Shown in pieces: positions 11,101 through 26,937 of a DNA stretch of 64,000 nt; position 1 is the first letter of the stretch, and every line of letters begins with the position of its first letter. The position numbers and the translations under genes were made by a program. Source of the stretch: Nemertoderma westbladi (Eukaryota; Animalia; Xenacoelomorpha); contig JAUCBJ010003176.1 of assembly GCA_032718475.1 (NCBI GenBank), positions 6,397 to 70,396 of the forward strand, in the 5' to 3' direction. The notes below the pieces were generated by a model, which searched no databases, was not told where the DNA came from, and saw only the letters and a list, made by a program, of their open reading frames with translations.

Positions 11101-14100
11101 ATGATAAACTGGCAGTTATATTGGAAATATGTGGTTCCATGATAAACTGGCAGTTATATTGGAAATATGTGGTTCTATGATAAACTGGCAGTTATATTGG
11201 AAATATGTGGTTCTATGATAAACTGGCAGTTATATTGGAAATATGTGGTTCCATGATAAACTGGCAGTTATATTGGAAATATGTGGTTCTATGATAAACT
11301 GGCAGTTATATTGGAAATATGTGGTTCTATGATAAACTGGCAGTTATATTGGAAATATGTGGTTCTATGATAAACTGGCAGTTATATTGGAAATATGTGG
11401 TTCCATGATAAACTGGCAGTTATATTGGAAATATGTGGTTCTATGATAAACTGGCAGTTATATTGGAAATATGTGGTTCTATGATAAACTGGCAGTTATA
11501 TTGGAAATATGTGGTTCTATGATAAACTGGCAGTTATATTGGAAATATGTGGTTCTATGATAAACTGGCAGTTATATTGGAAATATGTGGTTCTATGATA
11601 AACTGGCAGTTATATTGGAAATATGTGGTTCTATGATAAACTGGCAGTTATATTGGAAATATGTGGTTCTATGATAAACTGGCAGTTATATTGGAAATAT
11701 GTGGTTCTATGATAAACTGGCAGTTATATTGGAAATATGTGGTTCCATGATAAACTGGCAGTTATATTGGAAATATGTGGTTCTATGATAAACTGGCAGT
11801 TATATTGGAAATATGTGGTTCTATGATAAACTGGCAGTTATATTGGAAATATGTGGTTCTATGATAAACTGGCAGTTATATTGGAAATATGTGGTTCTAT
11901 GATAAACTGGCAGTTATATTGGAAATATGTGGTTCCATGATAAACTGGCAGTTATATTGGAAATATGTGGTTCTATGATAAACTGGCAGTTATATTGGAA
12001 ATATGTGGTTCTATGATAAACTGGCAGTTATATTGGAAATATGTGGTTCTATGATAAACTGGCAGTTATATTGGAAATATGTGGTTCTATGATAAACTGG
12101 CAGTTATATTGGAAATATGTGGTTCTATGATAAACTGGCAGTTATATTGGAAATATGTGGTTCTATGATAAACTGGCAGTTATATTGGAAATATGTGGTT
12201 CTATGATAAACTGGCAGTTATATTGGAAATATGTGGTTCTATGATAAACTGGCAGTTATATTGGAAATATGTGGTTCTATGATAAACTGGCAGTTATATT
12301 GGAAATATGTGGTTCTATGATAAACTGGCAGTTATATTGGAAATATGTGGTTCTATGATAAACTGGCAGTTATATTGGAAATATGTGGTTCTATGATAAA
12401 CTGGCAGTTATATTGGAAATATGTGGTTCTATGATAAACTGGCAGTTATATTGGAAATATGTGGTTCTATGATAAACTGGCAGTTATATTGGAAATATGT
12501 GGTTCTATGATAAACTGGCAGTTATATTGGAAATATGTGGTTCTATGATAAACTGGCAGTTATATTGGAAATATGTGGTTCTATGATAAACTGGCAGTTA
12601 TATTGGAAATATGTGGTTCTATGATAAACTGGCAGTTATATTGGAAATATGTGGTTCCATGATAAACTGGCAGTTATATTGGAAATATGTGGTTCTATGA
12701 TAAACTGGCAGTTATATTGGAAATATGTGGTTCTATGATAAACTGGCAGTTATATTGGAAATATGTGGTTCTATGATAAACTGGCAGTTATATTGGAAAT
12801 ATGTGGTTCTATGATAAACTGGCAGTTATATTGGAAATATGTGGTTCTATGATAAACTGGCAGTTATATTGGAAATATGTGGTTCTATGATAAACTGGCA
12901 GTTATATTGGAAATATGTGGTTCTATGATAAACTGGCAGTTATATTGGAAATATGTGGTTCTATGATAAACTGGCAGTTATATTGGAAATATGTGGTTCT
13001 ATGATAAACTGGCAGTTATATTGGAAATATGTGGTTCTATGATAAACTGGCAGTTATTTTGGAAATATGTGGTTCCATGATAAACTGGCAGTTATATTGG
13101 AAATATGTGGTTCCATGATAAACTGGCAGTTATATTGGAAATATGTGGTTCTATGATAAACTGGCAGTTATATTGGAAATATGTGGTTCTATGATAAACT
13201 GGCAGTTATATTGGAAATATGTGGTTCTATGATAAACTGGCAGTTATATTGGAAATATGTGGTTCTATGATAAACTGGCAGTTATATTGGAAATATGTGG
13301 TTCTATGATAAACTGGCAGTTATATTGGAAATATGTGGTTCTATGATAAACTGGCAGTTATATTGGAAATATGTGGTTCCATGATAAACTGGCAGTTATA
13401 TTGGAAATATGTGGTTCTATGATAAACTGGCAGTTATATTGGAAATATGTGGTTCTATGATAAACTGGCAGTTATATTGGAAATATGTGGTTCTATGATA
13501 AACTGGCAGTTATATTGGAAATATGTGGTTCTATGATAAACTGGCAGTTATATTGGAAATATGTGGTTCCATGATAAACTGGCAGTTATATTGGAAATAT
13601 GTGGTTCTATGATAAACTGGCAGTTATATTGGAAATATGTGGTTCTATGATAAACTGGCAGTTATATTGGAAATATGTGGTTCTATGATAAACTGGCAGT
13701 TATATTGGAAATATGTGGTTCTATGATAAACTGGCAGTTATATTGGAAATATGTGGTTCTATGATAAACTGGCAGTTATATTGGAAATATGTGGTTCCAT
13801 GATAAACTGGCAGTTATATTGGAAATATGTGGTTCTATGATAAACTGGCAGTTATATTGGAAATATGTGGTTCTATGATAAACTGGCAGTTATATTGGAA
13901 ATATGTGGTTCTATGATAAACTGGCAGTTATATTGGAAATATGTGGTTCTATGATAAACTGGCAGTTATATTGGAAATATGTGGTTCTATGATAAACTGG
14001 CAGTTATATTGGAAATATGTGGTTCTATGATAAACTGGCAGTTATATTGGAAATATGTGGTTCTATGATAAACTGGCAGTTATATTGGAAATATGTGGTT

Positions 14101-14880
14101 CTATGATAAACTGGCAGTTATATTGGAAATATGTGGTTCTATGATAAACTGGCAGTTATATTGGAAATATGTGGTTCTATGATAAACTGGCAGTTATATT
14201 GGAAATATGTGGTTCCATGATAAACTGGCAGTTATATTGGAAATATGTGGTTCTATGATAAACTGGCAGTTATATTGGAAATATGTGGTTCTATGATAAA
14301 CTGGCAGTTATATTGGAAATATGTGGTTCCATGATAAACTGGCAGTTATATTGGAAATATGTGGTTCTATGATAAACTGGCAGTTATATTGGAAATATGT
14401 GGTTCTATGATAAACTGGCAGTTATTTTGGAAATATGTGGTTCCATGATAAACTGGCAGTTATATTGGAAATATGTGGTTCTATGATAAACTGGCAGTTA
14501 TATTGGAAATATGTGGTTCTATGATAAACTGGCAGTTATATTGGAAATATGTGGTTCTATGATAAACTGGCAGTTATATTGGAAATATGTGGTTCTATGA
14601 TAAACTGGCAGTTATATTGGAAATATGTGGTTCCATGATAAACTGGCAGTTATATTGGAAATATGTGGTTCTATGATAAACTGGCAGTTATATTGGAAAT
14701 ATGTGGTTCTATGATAAACTGGCAGTTATATTGGAAATATGTGGTTCTATGATAAACTGGCAGTTATATTGGAAATATGTGGTTCTATGATAAACTGGCA
14801 GTTATTTTGGAAATATGTGGTTCTATGGTAAATTGGCAGTTAGGGTAAATCTGTGGTTCAATTTTAACTGGCAGTTATTT
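11101..14880. repeat. 38-bp tandem satellite (about 99 copies)
   Basis: Unit atgataaactggcagttatattggaaatatgtggtt(c/t)t-type, nearly homogeneous, decaying at the right edge. Confidence 0.97.
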
Positions 14881-15189
14881 TGTAAACTGGAGTTATATTT
14901 TACATATGCAATTTAACAGTAAACGGCCATATTATCATTTCGATAAAACCGGGAGTTTAATTATTTTGTTTCGAAAAACCCCCACTTTTTTTATCTATAA
15001 TTTTAAATTATTTTGTATCTTTTTAAAACCCCCGGTTTAAAAATTAACCACCATTTCAAAATTATAACATGGGTTTAAAAAACAGGACCCGGGGTTTTTT
15101 AAAGAACCCGGGTTGTGTTTTTTCAGTGTAGCTATTAATGTCTCTGTTTTTCTCGTATAACGTCGGATATTATATGTATTATTTTCTAG

Positions 15190-15352
15190 TATTATCAATG
15201 GGTTTGCCTTACCGTTGAAACAGGAACACAAAGTGTTTCTAACAAAGGTGCTACTACCGTTACATACACCACGATGTTTGGGACTCTATCACGCGCAACT
15301 GGCTTACTGTATGGTTCAGTTTATCGAGAAAGACGCCTCTCTTACAGAGCCG
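15190..15352 (+). CDS. PPP2R5: PP2A B56 (B') regulatory subunit, internal exon A; upstream exons lie outside the window
   Basis: ttctag|...|gtaagt; encodes [25 protein letters not shown]...[21 protein letters not shown], a canonical B56 segment. Confidence 0.95.
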
Positions 15353-15847
15353 GTAAGTCAGTCTTTTGTATATTAATTCATAGTTTATTAAATAAATATT
15401 AAGTAGTTTCAACGAAATGAAATCACCGACCACGAAACCCCGACCGGAAGATTATATTTATGTAATATCCATGCATCATCGTTAATTGAAAGACAAACGG
15501 ACAGACCGACAAATAGACGGACAGGCAGAGGGTGTCTATTCAATAAAATGTTAAAACTGACACTGGAAATGAAATCACCGACCAAGAACACCTGCAAATT
15601 GAATAATCTAGACAATCTAGGTAATATGTATCCATATTTTTTGGCACAAACAAACAGACCGACCAACACGCGCATACAGACATACAACGTCTATATTCCA
15701 TCAAAAGTTAAAACTGAGATCGAGAATGAATTTATCGACCACGGACGCAACATTTAGCAGCGTGTTTCTTTATTTTATGGAGAAATTTGAATAATCCCTC
15801 ATTTTCTATAGAAAATAACGGTAAAGTTTGAAAATATTTTGCGAGCT

Positions 15848-16973
15848 TCAGCGTGGTACACTTTTTGTCAGCTTGGACGGGAAACCGTTAACACACTGCG
15901 TGGTACACTTATTGTCAGCTTGGACGGGAAACGGTTAACACTCAGCGTGGTACACTTATTGTCAGCTTGGAGGGAAACGGTTAACACTCAGCGTGGTACA
16001 CTTATTGTCAGCTTGGACGGGAAACGGTTAACACTCTGCGTGGTACACTTATTGTCAGCTTGGACGGGAAACGGTTAACACTCAGCGTGGTACACGTATT
16101 GTCAGCTTGGACGGGAAACGGTTAACACTCAGCGTGGTACACTTATTGTCAGCTTGGAGGGAAACGGTTAACACTCAACGTGGTACACTTATTGTCAGCT
16201 TGGATGGGCAACGGTTAACACTCAGCGTGGTACACTTATTGTCAGCTTGGTTGGGAAACGGTTAACACTCAGCGTGGTACACTTATTGTCAGCTTGGACG
16301 GGAAACGGTTAACACTCAACGTGGTACACTTATTGTCAGCTTGGATGGGCAACGGTTAACACTCAGCGTGGTACACTTATTGTCAGCTTGGACGGGAAAC
16401 GGTTAACACTCAGCGTGGTACACTTATTGTCAGCTTGGAGGGAAACGGTTAACACTCAGCGTGGTACACTTATTGTCAGCTTGGACGGGAAACGGTTAAC
16501 ACTCAGCGTGGTACACTTATTGTCAGCTTGGTTGGGAAACGGTTAACACTCAGCGTGGTACACTTATTGTCAGCTTGGACGGGAAACGGTTAACACTCAA
16601 CGTGGTACACTTATTGTCAGCTTGGATGGGCAACGGTTAACACTCAGCGTGGTACACTTATTGTCAGCTTGGTTGGGAAACGGTTAACACTCAGCGTGGT
16701 ACACTTATTGTCAGCTTGGACGGGAAACGGTTAACACTCAACGTGGTACACTTATTGTCAGCTTGGATGGGCAACGGTTAACACTCAGCGTGGTACACTT
16801 ATTGTCAGCTTGGACGGGAAACGGTTAACACTCAGCGTGGTACACTTATTGTCAGCTTGGACGGGAAACGGTTAACACTCAGCGTGGTACACTTATTGTC
16901 AGCTTGGACGGGAAACGGTTAACACTTAGCGTGGTACACTTATTGTCAGCTTGGACGGGAAACGGTTAACACT
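15848..16973. repeat. 47-bp tandem repeat (about 24 copies), intronic
   Basis: Unit ctcagcgtggtacacttattgtcagcttggacgggaaacggttaaca with 46-bp variants. Confidence 0.95.
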
Positions 16974-17452
16974 TTTTTATAAAATTATGGATTGATTGGT
17001 TAACGAAAATCCCTAAGTATCACTTTTGATAACAATTTTTTCACAATCTAGGACGACGGTGGATACCAATTTATTTTTCATACCATTTCAGCGCCAGATT
17101 CTCAATAAAAAGAGCCATAACATGGTGCAATAGGCCTGGTTATAGTGACATAGTTTGTAAGAATTGATTATATTTCGACTATTTTTCTGACCACTTTGTG
17201 ATTTTGAACTAAGTATTCCTGAATTCCTTCTGTATTCCTGTTTTTTTTTGGCTAGACCTAAAAATTACACAATTATTTGTCAAGTCAATGTGTTAGAAAA
17301 TATAATATTATTTATTGTATTTAGGAAATAACACAAAGAAATATTATTGTTTCTAGGTAACTTGGCAAAACAATAAACTCATTTGATTACTACAATATCG
17401 CACTACACAATAAATCTATCGAGCAGTTACTGATATTTTCTTATTTCCCAAG

Positions 17453-17623
17453 GTGGTTTCCCGGTTACTCAAATATTGGCCTAAAACATGTAGTCAAAAA
17501 GAAATAATGTATCTCGGTGAGATTGAGGAGATATTGGATGTGATAGACCCACAGCAGTTCCAGAGCATTATGGTTCCATTGTTCCGACAGATATCCAGAT
17601 GCGTCAGCAGCTCGCATTTCCAG
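17453..17623 (+). CDS. PPP2R5: PP2A B56 exon B
   Basis: cccaag|GTG...CAG|gtttgt; [33 protein letters not shown]...[15 protein letters not shown] and SSSHFQ indicate the alpha/beta/epsilon (widerborst) subfamily. Confidence 0.95.
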
Positions 17624-17629
17624 GTTTGT

Positions 17630-20600
17630 GTTCCATACAATCCCTATCGTTCCATACAATCCCTATCGTTCCATACAATCCCTGTCGTTCATACAATCCC
17701 TATCGTTCCATACAATCCCTATCGTTCCATACAATCCCTATCATTCCATACAATCCCTATCGCTTCCATACAATCCCTATCGTTCCATACAATCCCTATC
17801 GTTCCATACAATCCCTATCGTCCCATACAATCCATTGAGTTCCATACAATCCCTATTGTTCCTTACAATCCCTATCGTTCCATACAATCCATATGCGTTC
17901 CATACAATCCCTATTGTTCCTTACAATCCCTATCGTTCCATACAATCCCTATCGTTCCATACAATCCCTATCGTTCCATACAATCCCTATCGTTCCATAC
18001 AATCCCTATCGTTCCATACAATCCCTATCGTTCTCATACAATCCCTATCGTTCCATACAATCCCTATCGTTCCATACAATCCCTATCGTTCCATACAATC
18101 CCTATCGTTCCATACAATCCCTATCGTCCCATACAATCCATTGAGTTCCATACAATCCCTATTGTTCCTTACAATCCCTATCGTTCCATACAATCCCTAT
18201 CGTTCCATACAATCCCTATCGTTCCATACAATCCCTATCGTTCCATACAATCCCTATCGTTCCATACAATCCCTATCATTTCATACAATCCCTATCGTTT
18301 CATACAATCCCTATCGTTTCATACAATCCCTATCGTTCTCATACAATCCCTATCGTTCCATACAATCCCTATCGTTCCATACAATCCCTATCATTCCATA
18401 CAATCCCTATCGTTCCATACAATCCCTATCGTTCCATACAATCCCTATCGTTCCATACAATCCCTATCGTTCCATACAATCCCTATCGTTCCATACAATC
18501 CCTATCGTTCCATACAATCCCTATCGTTTCATACAATCCCTATCGTTCCATACAATCCCTATCGTTCCAATACAATCCCTATCGTTCCATACAATCCCTA
18601 TCGTTCCATACAATCCCTATCGTTCCATACAATCCCTATCGTTCAATACAATCCCTATCGTTCCATACAATCCCTATCGTTCCATACAATCCCTATCGTT
18701 CCATACAATCCCTATCGTTCCATACAATCCCTATCGTTCCATACAATCCCTATCGTTCCATACAATCCCTATCGTTCAATACAATCCCTATTGTTCCATA
18801 CAATCCCTATCGTTTCATACAATCCCTATCGTTTCATACAATCCCTATCGTTCAATACAATCCCTATCGTTCCATACAATCCCTATCGTTCCATACAATC
18901 CCTATCGTTCCATACAATCCCTATCGTTCCATACAATCCCTATCGTTTCATACAATCCCTATCGTTCCATACAATCCCTATCGTTCCAATACAATCCCTA
19001 TCGTTCCATACAATCCCTATCGTTCCAATACAATCCCTATTGTTCCATACAATCCCTATCGTTCCATACAATCCCTATCGTTCCATACAATCCATATCGT
19101 TCCATAAAATCGCTATCGTTCCATACAATCCCTATCGTTCCAATACAATCCCTATTATTCCATACAATCCCTATCGTTCCAATACAATCCCTATCGTTCC
19201 ATACAATCCCTATCGTTCAATACAATCCCTATCGTTCCATACAATCCATATCGTTCCATACAATCCGCTATCGTTCCATACAATCCCTATCGTTCCATAC
19301 AATCCCTATCGTTCCATACAATCCCTATCGTTCCATATACAATCTCTATCGTTCCATACAATCCCTATCGTTCCATACAATCCCTATCGTTCCATACAAT
19401 CCCTATCGTTCCATACAATCCCTATCGTTCCATACAATCCCTATCGTTCCATACAATCCCTATCGTTCCATACAATCCCTATCGTTCCATACAATCCCTA
19501 TCGTTCAATACTACCCATCCCTATCGTTCCATACAATCCCTATCGTTCCATATAATCCCTATCGTTCCATATACAATCCCTATCGTTCCATACAATCGAT
19601 ATCGTTCCATACAATCCCTATCGTTCCATATACAATCCCTATTGTTCCATACAATCCCTATCGTTCCATATACAATCCCTATTGTTCCATACAATCCCTA
19701 TCGTTCCATATACAATCCCTATTGTTCCATACAATCCCTATCGTTCCATATACAATCCCTATCGTTCCATACAATCGATATCGTTCCATACAATCCCTAT
19801 CGTTCCATATACAATCCCTATTGTTCCATACAATCCCTATCGTTCCATATACAATCCCTATTGTTCCATACAATCCCTATCGTTCAATACAATCCCTATC
19901 GTTCCATACAATCCCTATCGTTCCATATAATCCCTATCGTTCCATATACAATCCCTATTGTTCCATACAATCCCTATCGTTCCATATACAATCCCTATTG
20001 TTCCATACAATCCCTATCGTTCAATACAATCCCTATCGTTCCATACAATCCCTATCGTTCCATACAATCCCTATCGTTCCATATACAATCCCTATCGTTC
20101 CATACAATCCCTATCGTTCCATACAATCCCTATCGTTCCATACAATCCCTATCGTTCCATATACATTATACAATCCCTATTGTTCCATACAATCCCTATC
20201 GTTCCATATAATCCCTATCGTTCCATATAATCCCTATCGTTCCATATACATTATACAATCCCTATCGTTCCATGCAATCCCTATCGTTCCATACAATCCC
20301 TATCGTTCCATACAATCCCTATCGTTCCATATAATCCCTATCGTTCCATACAATCCCTATCGTTCCATACAATCCCTATCGTTCCATACAATCCCTATCG
20401 TTCCATACAATCCCTATCGTTCCATACAATCCCTATCGTTCCATATACATTATACAATCCCTATCGTTCCATACAATCCCTATCGTTCCATACAATCCCT
20501 ATCGTTCCATACAATCCCTATGCGTTCCATACAATCCCTATCGTTCCATACAATCCCTATCGTTCCATACAATCCCTATGTTCCATACAATCCCTATCGT

Positions 20601-23600
20601 TCCATATCAATCCCTATCGTTCCATACAATCCCTATCGTTCCATATACAATCCCTATCGTTCCATACAATCCCTATCGTTCCATACAATCCCTATCGTTC
20701 CATACAATCCCTATCGTTCCATACAATCCCTATCGTTCCATACAATCCCTATCGTTCCATACAATCCCTATCGTTCCATACAATCCCTATCGTTCCATAT
20801 ACATTATACAATCCCTATCGTTCCATACAATCCCTATCGTTCCAATACAATCCCTATCGTTCCATACAATCCCTATCGTTCCATACAATCCCTATCGTTC
20901 CAATACAATCCCTATCGTTCCATACAATCCCTATCGTTCCATACAATCCCTATCGTTCCATACAATCCCTATCGTTCCATACAATCCCTATCGTTCCATA
21001 CAATCCCTATCGTTCCATACAATCCCTATCGTTCCATATACATTATACAATCCCTATCGTTCCATACAATCCCTATCGTTCCATACAATCCCTATCGTTC
21101 CAATACAATCCCTATCATTCCATACAATCCCTATCGTTCCATACAATCCCTATCAGTTCATACAATCCCTATCGTTCCATACAATCCCTATCGTTCCATA
21201 CAATCCCTATCGTTCCATACAATCCCTATCGTTCCATACAATCCCTATCGTTTCATACAATCCCTATCGTTTCATACAATCCCTATCGTTCAATACAATC
21301 CCTATCGTTCCATACAATCCCTATCGTTCCATACAATCCCTATCGTTCCATACAATCCCTATCATTTCATACAATCCCTATCGTTTCATACAATCCCTAT
21401 CGTTCAATACAATCCCTATCGTTTCATACTATCCCTATCGTTCCATACAATCCCTATCGTTCCATACAATCCCTATCGTTCCATACAATCCCTATCGTTC
21501 AATACAATCCCTATCATTTCATACAATCCCTATCGTTCCATACAATCCCTATCATTTCATACAATCCCTATCGTTTCATACAATCCCTATCGTTCAATAC
21601 AATCCCTATCGTTCCATACAATCCCTATCATTTCATACAATCCCTATCGTTTCATACAATCCCTATCGTTCAATACAATCCCTATCGTTTCATACTATCC
21701 CTATCGTTCCATACAATCCCTATCGTTCCATACAATCCCTATCGTTCCATACAATCCCTATCGTTCAATACAATCCCTATTATTTCATACAATCCCTATC
21801 GTTTCATACAATCCCTATCATTTCATACAATCCCTATCGTTTCATACAATCCCTATCGTTCAATACAATCCCTATCGTTTCATACTATCCCTATCGTTCC
21901 ATACAATCCCTATCGTTCCATACAATCCGTATCGTTTCATACAATCCCTATCGTTCCATACAATCCGTATCGTTCCATACAATCCCTATCATTTCATACA
22001 ATCCCTATCGTTTCATACAATCCCTATCGTTTCATACTATCCCTATCGTTCCATACAATCCCTATCGTTCCATACAATCCCTATCGTTCCATACAATCCC
22101 TATCATTTCATACAATCCCTATCGTTTCATACAATCCCTATCGTTCAATACAATCCCTATCGTTTCATACTATCCCTATCGTTCCATACAATCCCTATCG
22201 TTCCATACAATCCCTATCGTTCCATACAATCCCTATTGTTCCATACAATCCCTATCGTTCCATATACAATCCCTATTGTTCCATACAATCCCTATCGTTC
22301 AATACAATCCATATCGTTCCATACAATCCCTATCGTTCCATATACAATCCCTATTGTTCCATACAATCCCTATCGTTCCATATACAATCCCTATTGTTCC
22401 ATACAATCCCTATCGTTCCATATACAATCCCTATTGTTCCATACAATCCCTATCGTTCAATACAATCCCTATCGTTCCATACAATCCCTATCGTTCCATA
22501 TAATCCCTATCGTTCCATATACAATCCCTATTGTTCCATACAATCCCTATCGTTCCATATACAATCCATATTGTTCCATACAATCCCTATCGTTCAATAC
22601 AATCCATATCGTTCCATACAATCCCTATCGTTCCATACAATCCCTATCGTTCCATATAAAATCCCTATTGTTCCATACAATCCCTATCGTTCCGTACAAT
22701 CCCTATCGTTCCATACAATCCCTATCGTTCCATACAATCCCTATCGTTCCATATAATCCCTATCGTTCCATATAATCCCTATCGTTCCATATACATTATA
22801 CAATCCCTATCGTTCCATGCAATCCCTATCGTTCCATACAATCCCTATCGTTCCATATAATCCCTATCGTTCCATACAATCCCTATCGTTCCATACAATC
22901 CCTATCGTCCCATACAATCCATTGAGTTCCATACAATCCCTATTGTTCCTTACAATCCCTATCGTTCCATACAATCCCTATCGTTCCATACAATCCCTAT
23001 CGTTCCATACAATCCCTATCGTTCCATACAATCCCTATCGTTCCATACAATCCCCATCGTTCCATACAATCCCTATCGTTCCATACAATCCCTATCGTTC
23101 CATATAATCCCTATCGTTCCATACAATCCCTATCGTTCCATACAATCCCTATCGTCCCATACAATCCATTGAGTTCCATACAATCCCTATTGTTCCTTAC
23201 AATCCCTATCGTTCCATACAATCCCTATCGTTCCATACAATCCCTATCGTTCCATACAATCCCTATCGTTCCATACAATCCCTATCGTTCCATACAATCC
23301 CTATCATTTCATACAATCCCTATCGTTTCATACAATCCCTATCGTTCAATACAATCCCTATCGTTTCATACTATCCCTATCGTTCCATACAATCCCTATC
23401 GTTCCATACAATCCCTATCGTTCCATACAATCCCTATCGTTCAATACAATCCCTATCATTTCATACAATCCCTATCGTTCCATACAATCCCTATCATTTC
23501 ATACAATCCCTATCGTTTCATACAATCCCTATCGTTCAATACAATCCCTATCGTTTCATACTATCCCTCTCGTTCCATACAATCCCTATCGTTCCATACA

Positions 23601-25997
23601 ATCCCTATCATTTCATACAATCCCTATCGTTTCATACAATCCCTATCGTTCAATACAATCCCTATCGTTTCATACTATCCCTATCGTTCCATACAATCCC
23701 TATCGTTCCATACAATCCCTATCGTTCCATACAATCCCTATCGTTCAATACAATCCCTATCATTTCATACAATCCCTATCGTTCCATACAATCCCTATCA
23801 TTTCATACAATCCCTATCGTTTCATACAATCCCTATCGTTCAATACAATCCCTATCGTTCCATACAATCCCTATCATTTCATACAATCCCTATCGTTTCA
23901 TACAATCCCTATCGTTCAATACAATCCCTATCGTTTCATACTATCCCTATCGTTCCATACAATCCCTATCGTTCCATACAATCCCTATCGTTCCATACAA
24001 TCCCTATCGTTCAATACAATCCCTATTATTTCATACAATCCCTATCGTTTCATACAATCCCTATCATTTCATACAATCCCTATCGTTTCATACAATCCCT
24101 ATCGTTCAATACAATCCCTATCGTTTCATACTATCCCTATCGTTCCATACAATCCCTATCGTTCCATACAATCCGTATCGTTTCATACAATCCCTATCGT
24201 TCCATACAATCCGTATCGTTCCATACAATCCCTATCATTTCATACAATCCCTATCGTTTCATACAATCCCTATCGTTTCATACTATCCCTATCGTTCCAT
24301 ACAATCCCTATCGTTCCATACAATCCCTATCGTTCCATACAATCCCTATCATTTCATACAATCCCTATCGTTTCATACAATCCCTATCGTTCAATACAAT
24401 CCCTATCGTTTCATACTATCCCTATCGTTCCATACAATCCCTATCGTTCCATACAATCCCTATCGTTCCATACAATCCCTATTGTTCCATACAATCCCTA
24501 TCGTTCCATATACAATCCCTATTGTTCCATACAATCCCTATCGTTCAATACAATCCATATCGTTCCATACAATCCCTATCGTTCCATATACAATCCCTAT
24601 TGTTCCATACAATCCCTATCGTTCCATATACAATCCCTATTGTTCCATACAATCCCTATCGTTCCATATACAATCCCTATTGTTCCATACAATCCCTATC
24701 GTTCAATACAATCCCTATCGTTCCATACAATCCCTATCGTTCCATATAATCCCTATCGTTCCATATACAATCCCTATTGTTCCATACAATCCCTATCGTT
24801 CCATATACAATCCATATTGTTCCATACAATCCCTATCGTTCAATACAATCCATATCGTTCCATACAATCCCTATCGTTCCATACAATCCCTATCGTTCCA
24901 TATAAAATCCCTATTGTTCCATACAATCCCTATCGTTCCGTACAATCCCTATCGTTCCATACAATCCCTATCGTTCCATACAATCCCTATCGTTCCATAT
25001 AATCCCTATCGTTCCATATAATCCCTATCGTTCCATATACATTATACAATCCCTATCGTTCCATGCAATCCCTATCGTTCCATACAATCCCTATCGTTCC
25101 ATACAATCCCTTTCGTTCCATATAATCCCTATCGTTTCATATAATCCCTATCGTTCCATATACATTATACAATCCCTATCGTTCCATATAATCCCTATCG
25201 TTCCATATAATCCCTATCGTTCCATATACATTATACAATCCCTATCGTTCCATACAATCCCTATCGTTCCATACAATCCCTATCGTTCCATACAATCCCT
25301 ATCGTTCCATATAATCCCTATCGTTCCATATAATCCCTATCGTTCCATATACATTATACAATCCCTATCGTTCCATATAATCCCTATCGTTCCATATAAT
25401 CCCTATCGTTCCATATACATTATACAATCCCTATCGTTCCATACAATCCCTATCGTTCCATACAATCCCTATCGTTCCATACAATCCCTATCGTTCCATA
25501 TAATCCCTATCGTTCCATATAATCCCTATCGTTCCATATACATTATACAATCCCTATCGTTCCATACAATCCCTATCGTTCAATACAATCCATATCGTTC
25601 CATACAATCCCTATCGTTCCATACAATCCCTATCGTTCCATATAAAATCCCTATTGTTCCATACAATCCCTATCGTTCCGTACAATCCCTATCGTTCCAT
25701 ACAATCCCTATCGTTCCATACAATCCCTATCGTTCCATATAATCCCTATCGCTCCATATAATCCCTATCGTTCCATATACATTATACAATCCCTATCGTT
25801 CCATACAATCCCTATCGTTCCATACAATCCCTATCGTTCAATACAATCCCTATCGTTTCATACAATCCCTATCGTTCCATACAATCCCTATCATTTCATA
25901 CAATCCCTATCGTTTCATACAATCCCTATCGTTCAATACAATCCCTATCGTTTCATACTATCCCTCTCGTTCCATACAATCCCTATCGTTCCATACA
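17630..25997. repeat. 19-bp tandem satellite (about 440 copies) filling almost the whole intron
   Basis: Unit gttccatacaatccctatc with many variants; source of the [19 protein letters not shown] pseudo-ORFs. Confidence 0.97.
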
Positions 25998-26175
25998 AAC
26001 TACCAATAAGGTCGGTGTAGTTAGTTACACAGAATTTAAAAGTAAATAATTCAGAATAAACTGTAGTTTTTTTTGCTATAACGGATAGTAACAGATAATA
26101 CGACTACCATTAATGGAAACAAAATAAAATTGATTGGTCAGTTAATTGTTTACTTAATTGCCATGGATACCCCAG

Positions 26176-26303
26176 GTAGCGGAGCGAGCTCTGTACTATT
26201 GGAATAACGAATACATAATGAGTCTTATAGAAGAGAACTGTTACAACATATTACCTATAATGTTTCCGTCGTTATATAAAGTATCTAAGGAACATTGGAA
26301 CCA
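26176..26303 (+). CDS. PPP2R5: PP2A B56 exon C1 (128 nt; first alternative)
   Basis: ccccag|GTA...CA|gtgagt; [42 protein letters not shown](Q). Confidence 0.95.
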
Positions 26304-26744
26304 GTGAGTCTGTGGTTGAGGTCCCTCCTTATTTACCTTGGTGTTATATCCTTTCTGGTTATATGTTATATACCTTTTGGTTATATGTTATATAGTATCT
26401 ATGTTTATTTATATTAAGATCAAGTGATTGGTCAGTGTTATAATACCATTTCTGTCTTTCATTTTTCTCTTACGTCTTTCATATGCCTCACAGTATATTA
26501 GGACATAACCATACTCTTATATTCCGCCCGAATATTTATTTACTTCCCTATAATGCATTGTGGTTGTCCTTCACGTTAGAACTCATTCGATTACAGACGT
26601 AAGGTTTCTGAAGTTTGTTACCAATGTTACTGAACATACATTAGCTACCACAATAGCTACTGGACAATTCGGTTACTGCACCTATATTGGCTAGATTTAT
26701 ACATCTGTTGCGTTGGAAAAATTGTATGCATTATGGTTGTCGTG

Positions 26745-26937
26745 GATATTTCCTCTACATTGGTCACCGTGGGTTGCTCTAGGGTTGTTTACATTAGTTG
26801 CCCTGGTTACGTTGTGTACATTAGTTGCCATAAATACATGGCTTATATTGGTTGCCATGGATATCTTATTTACATTGGTTGGCCTGGTTATTTTATTTAC
26901 ATTGGTTGACCTGGATACATTATTTACATTGGTTGCC
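26745..26937. repeat. Degenerate ~27-bp minisatellite leading into the exon C2 acceptor
   Basis: Repeats of ttatttacattggttgcc(a/c)tggata; the last copy ends in the acceptor gccag. Confidence 0.75.

Noticed and set aside
17624-25997. ORFs of up to 1715 aa, including a 700-aa ORF starting with B56 sequence
   Set aside because: Read-through of the 19-bp satellite; B56 similarity stops exactly at the donor after 17623 and resumes at 26176.
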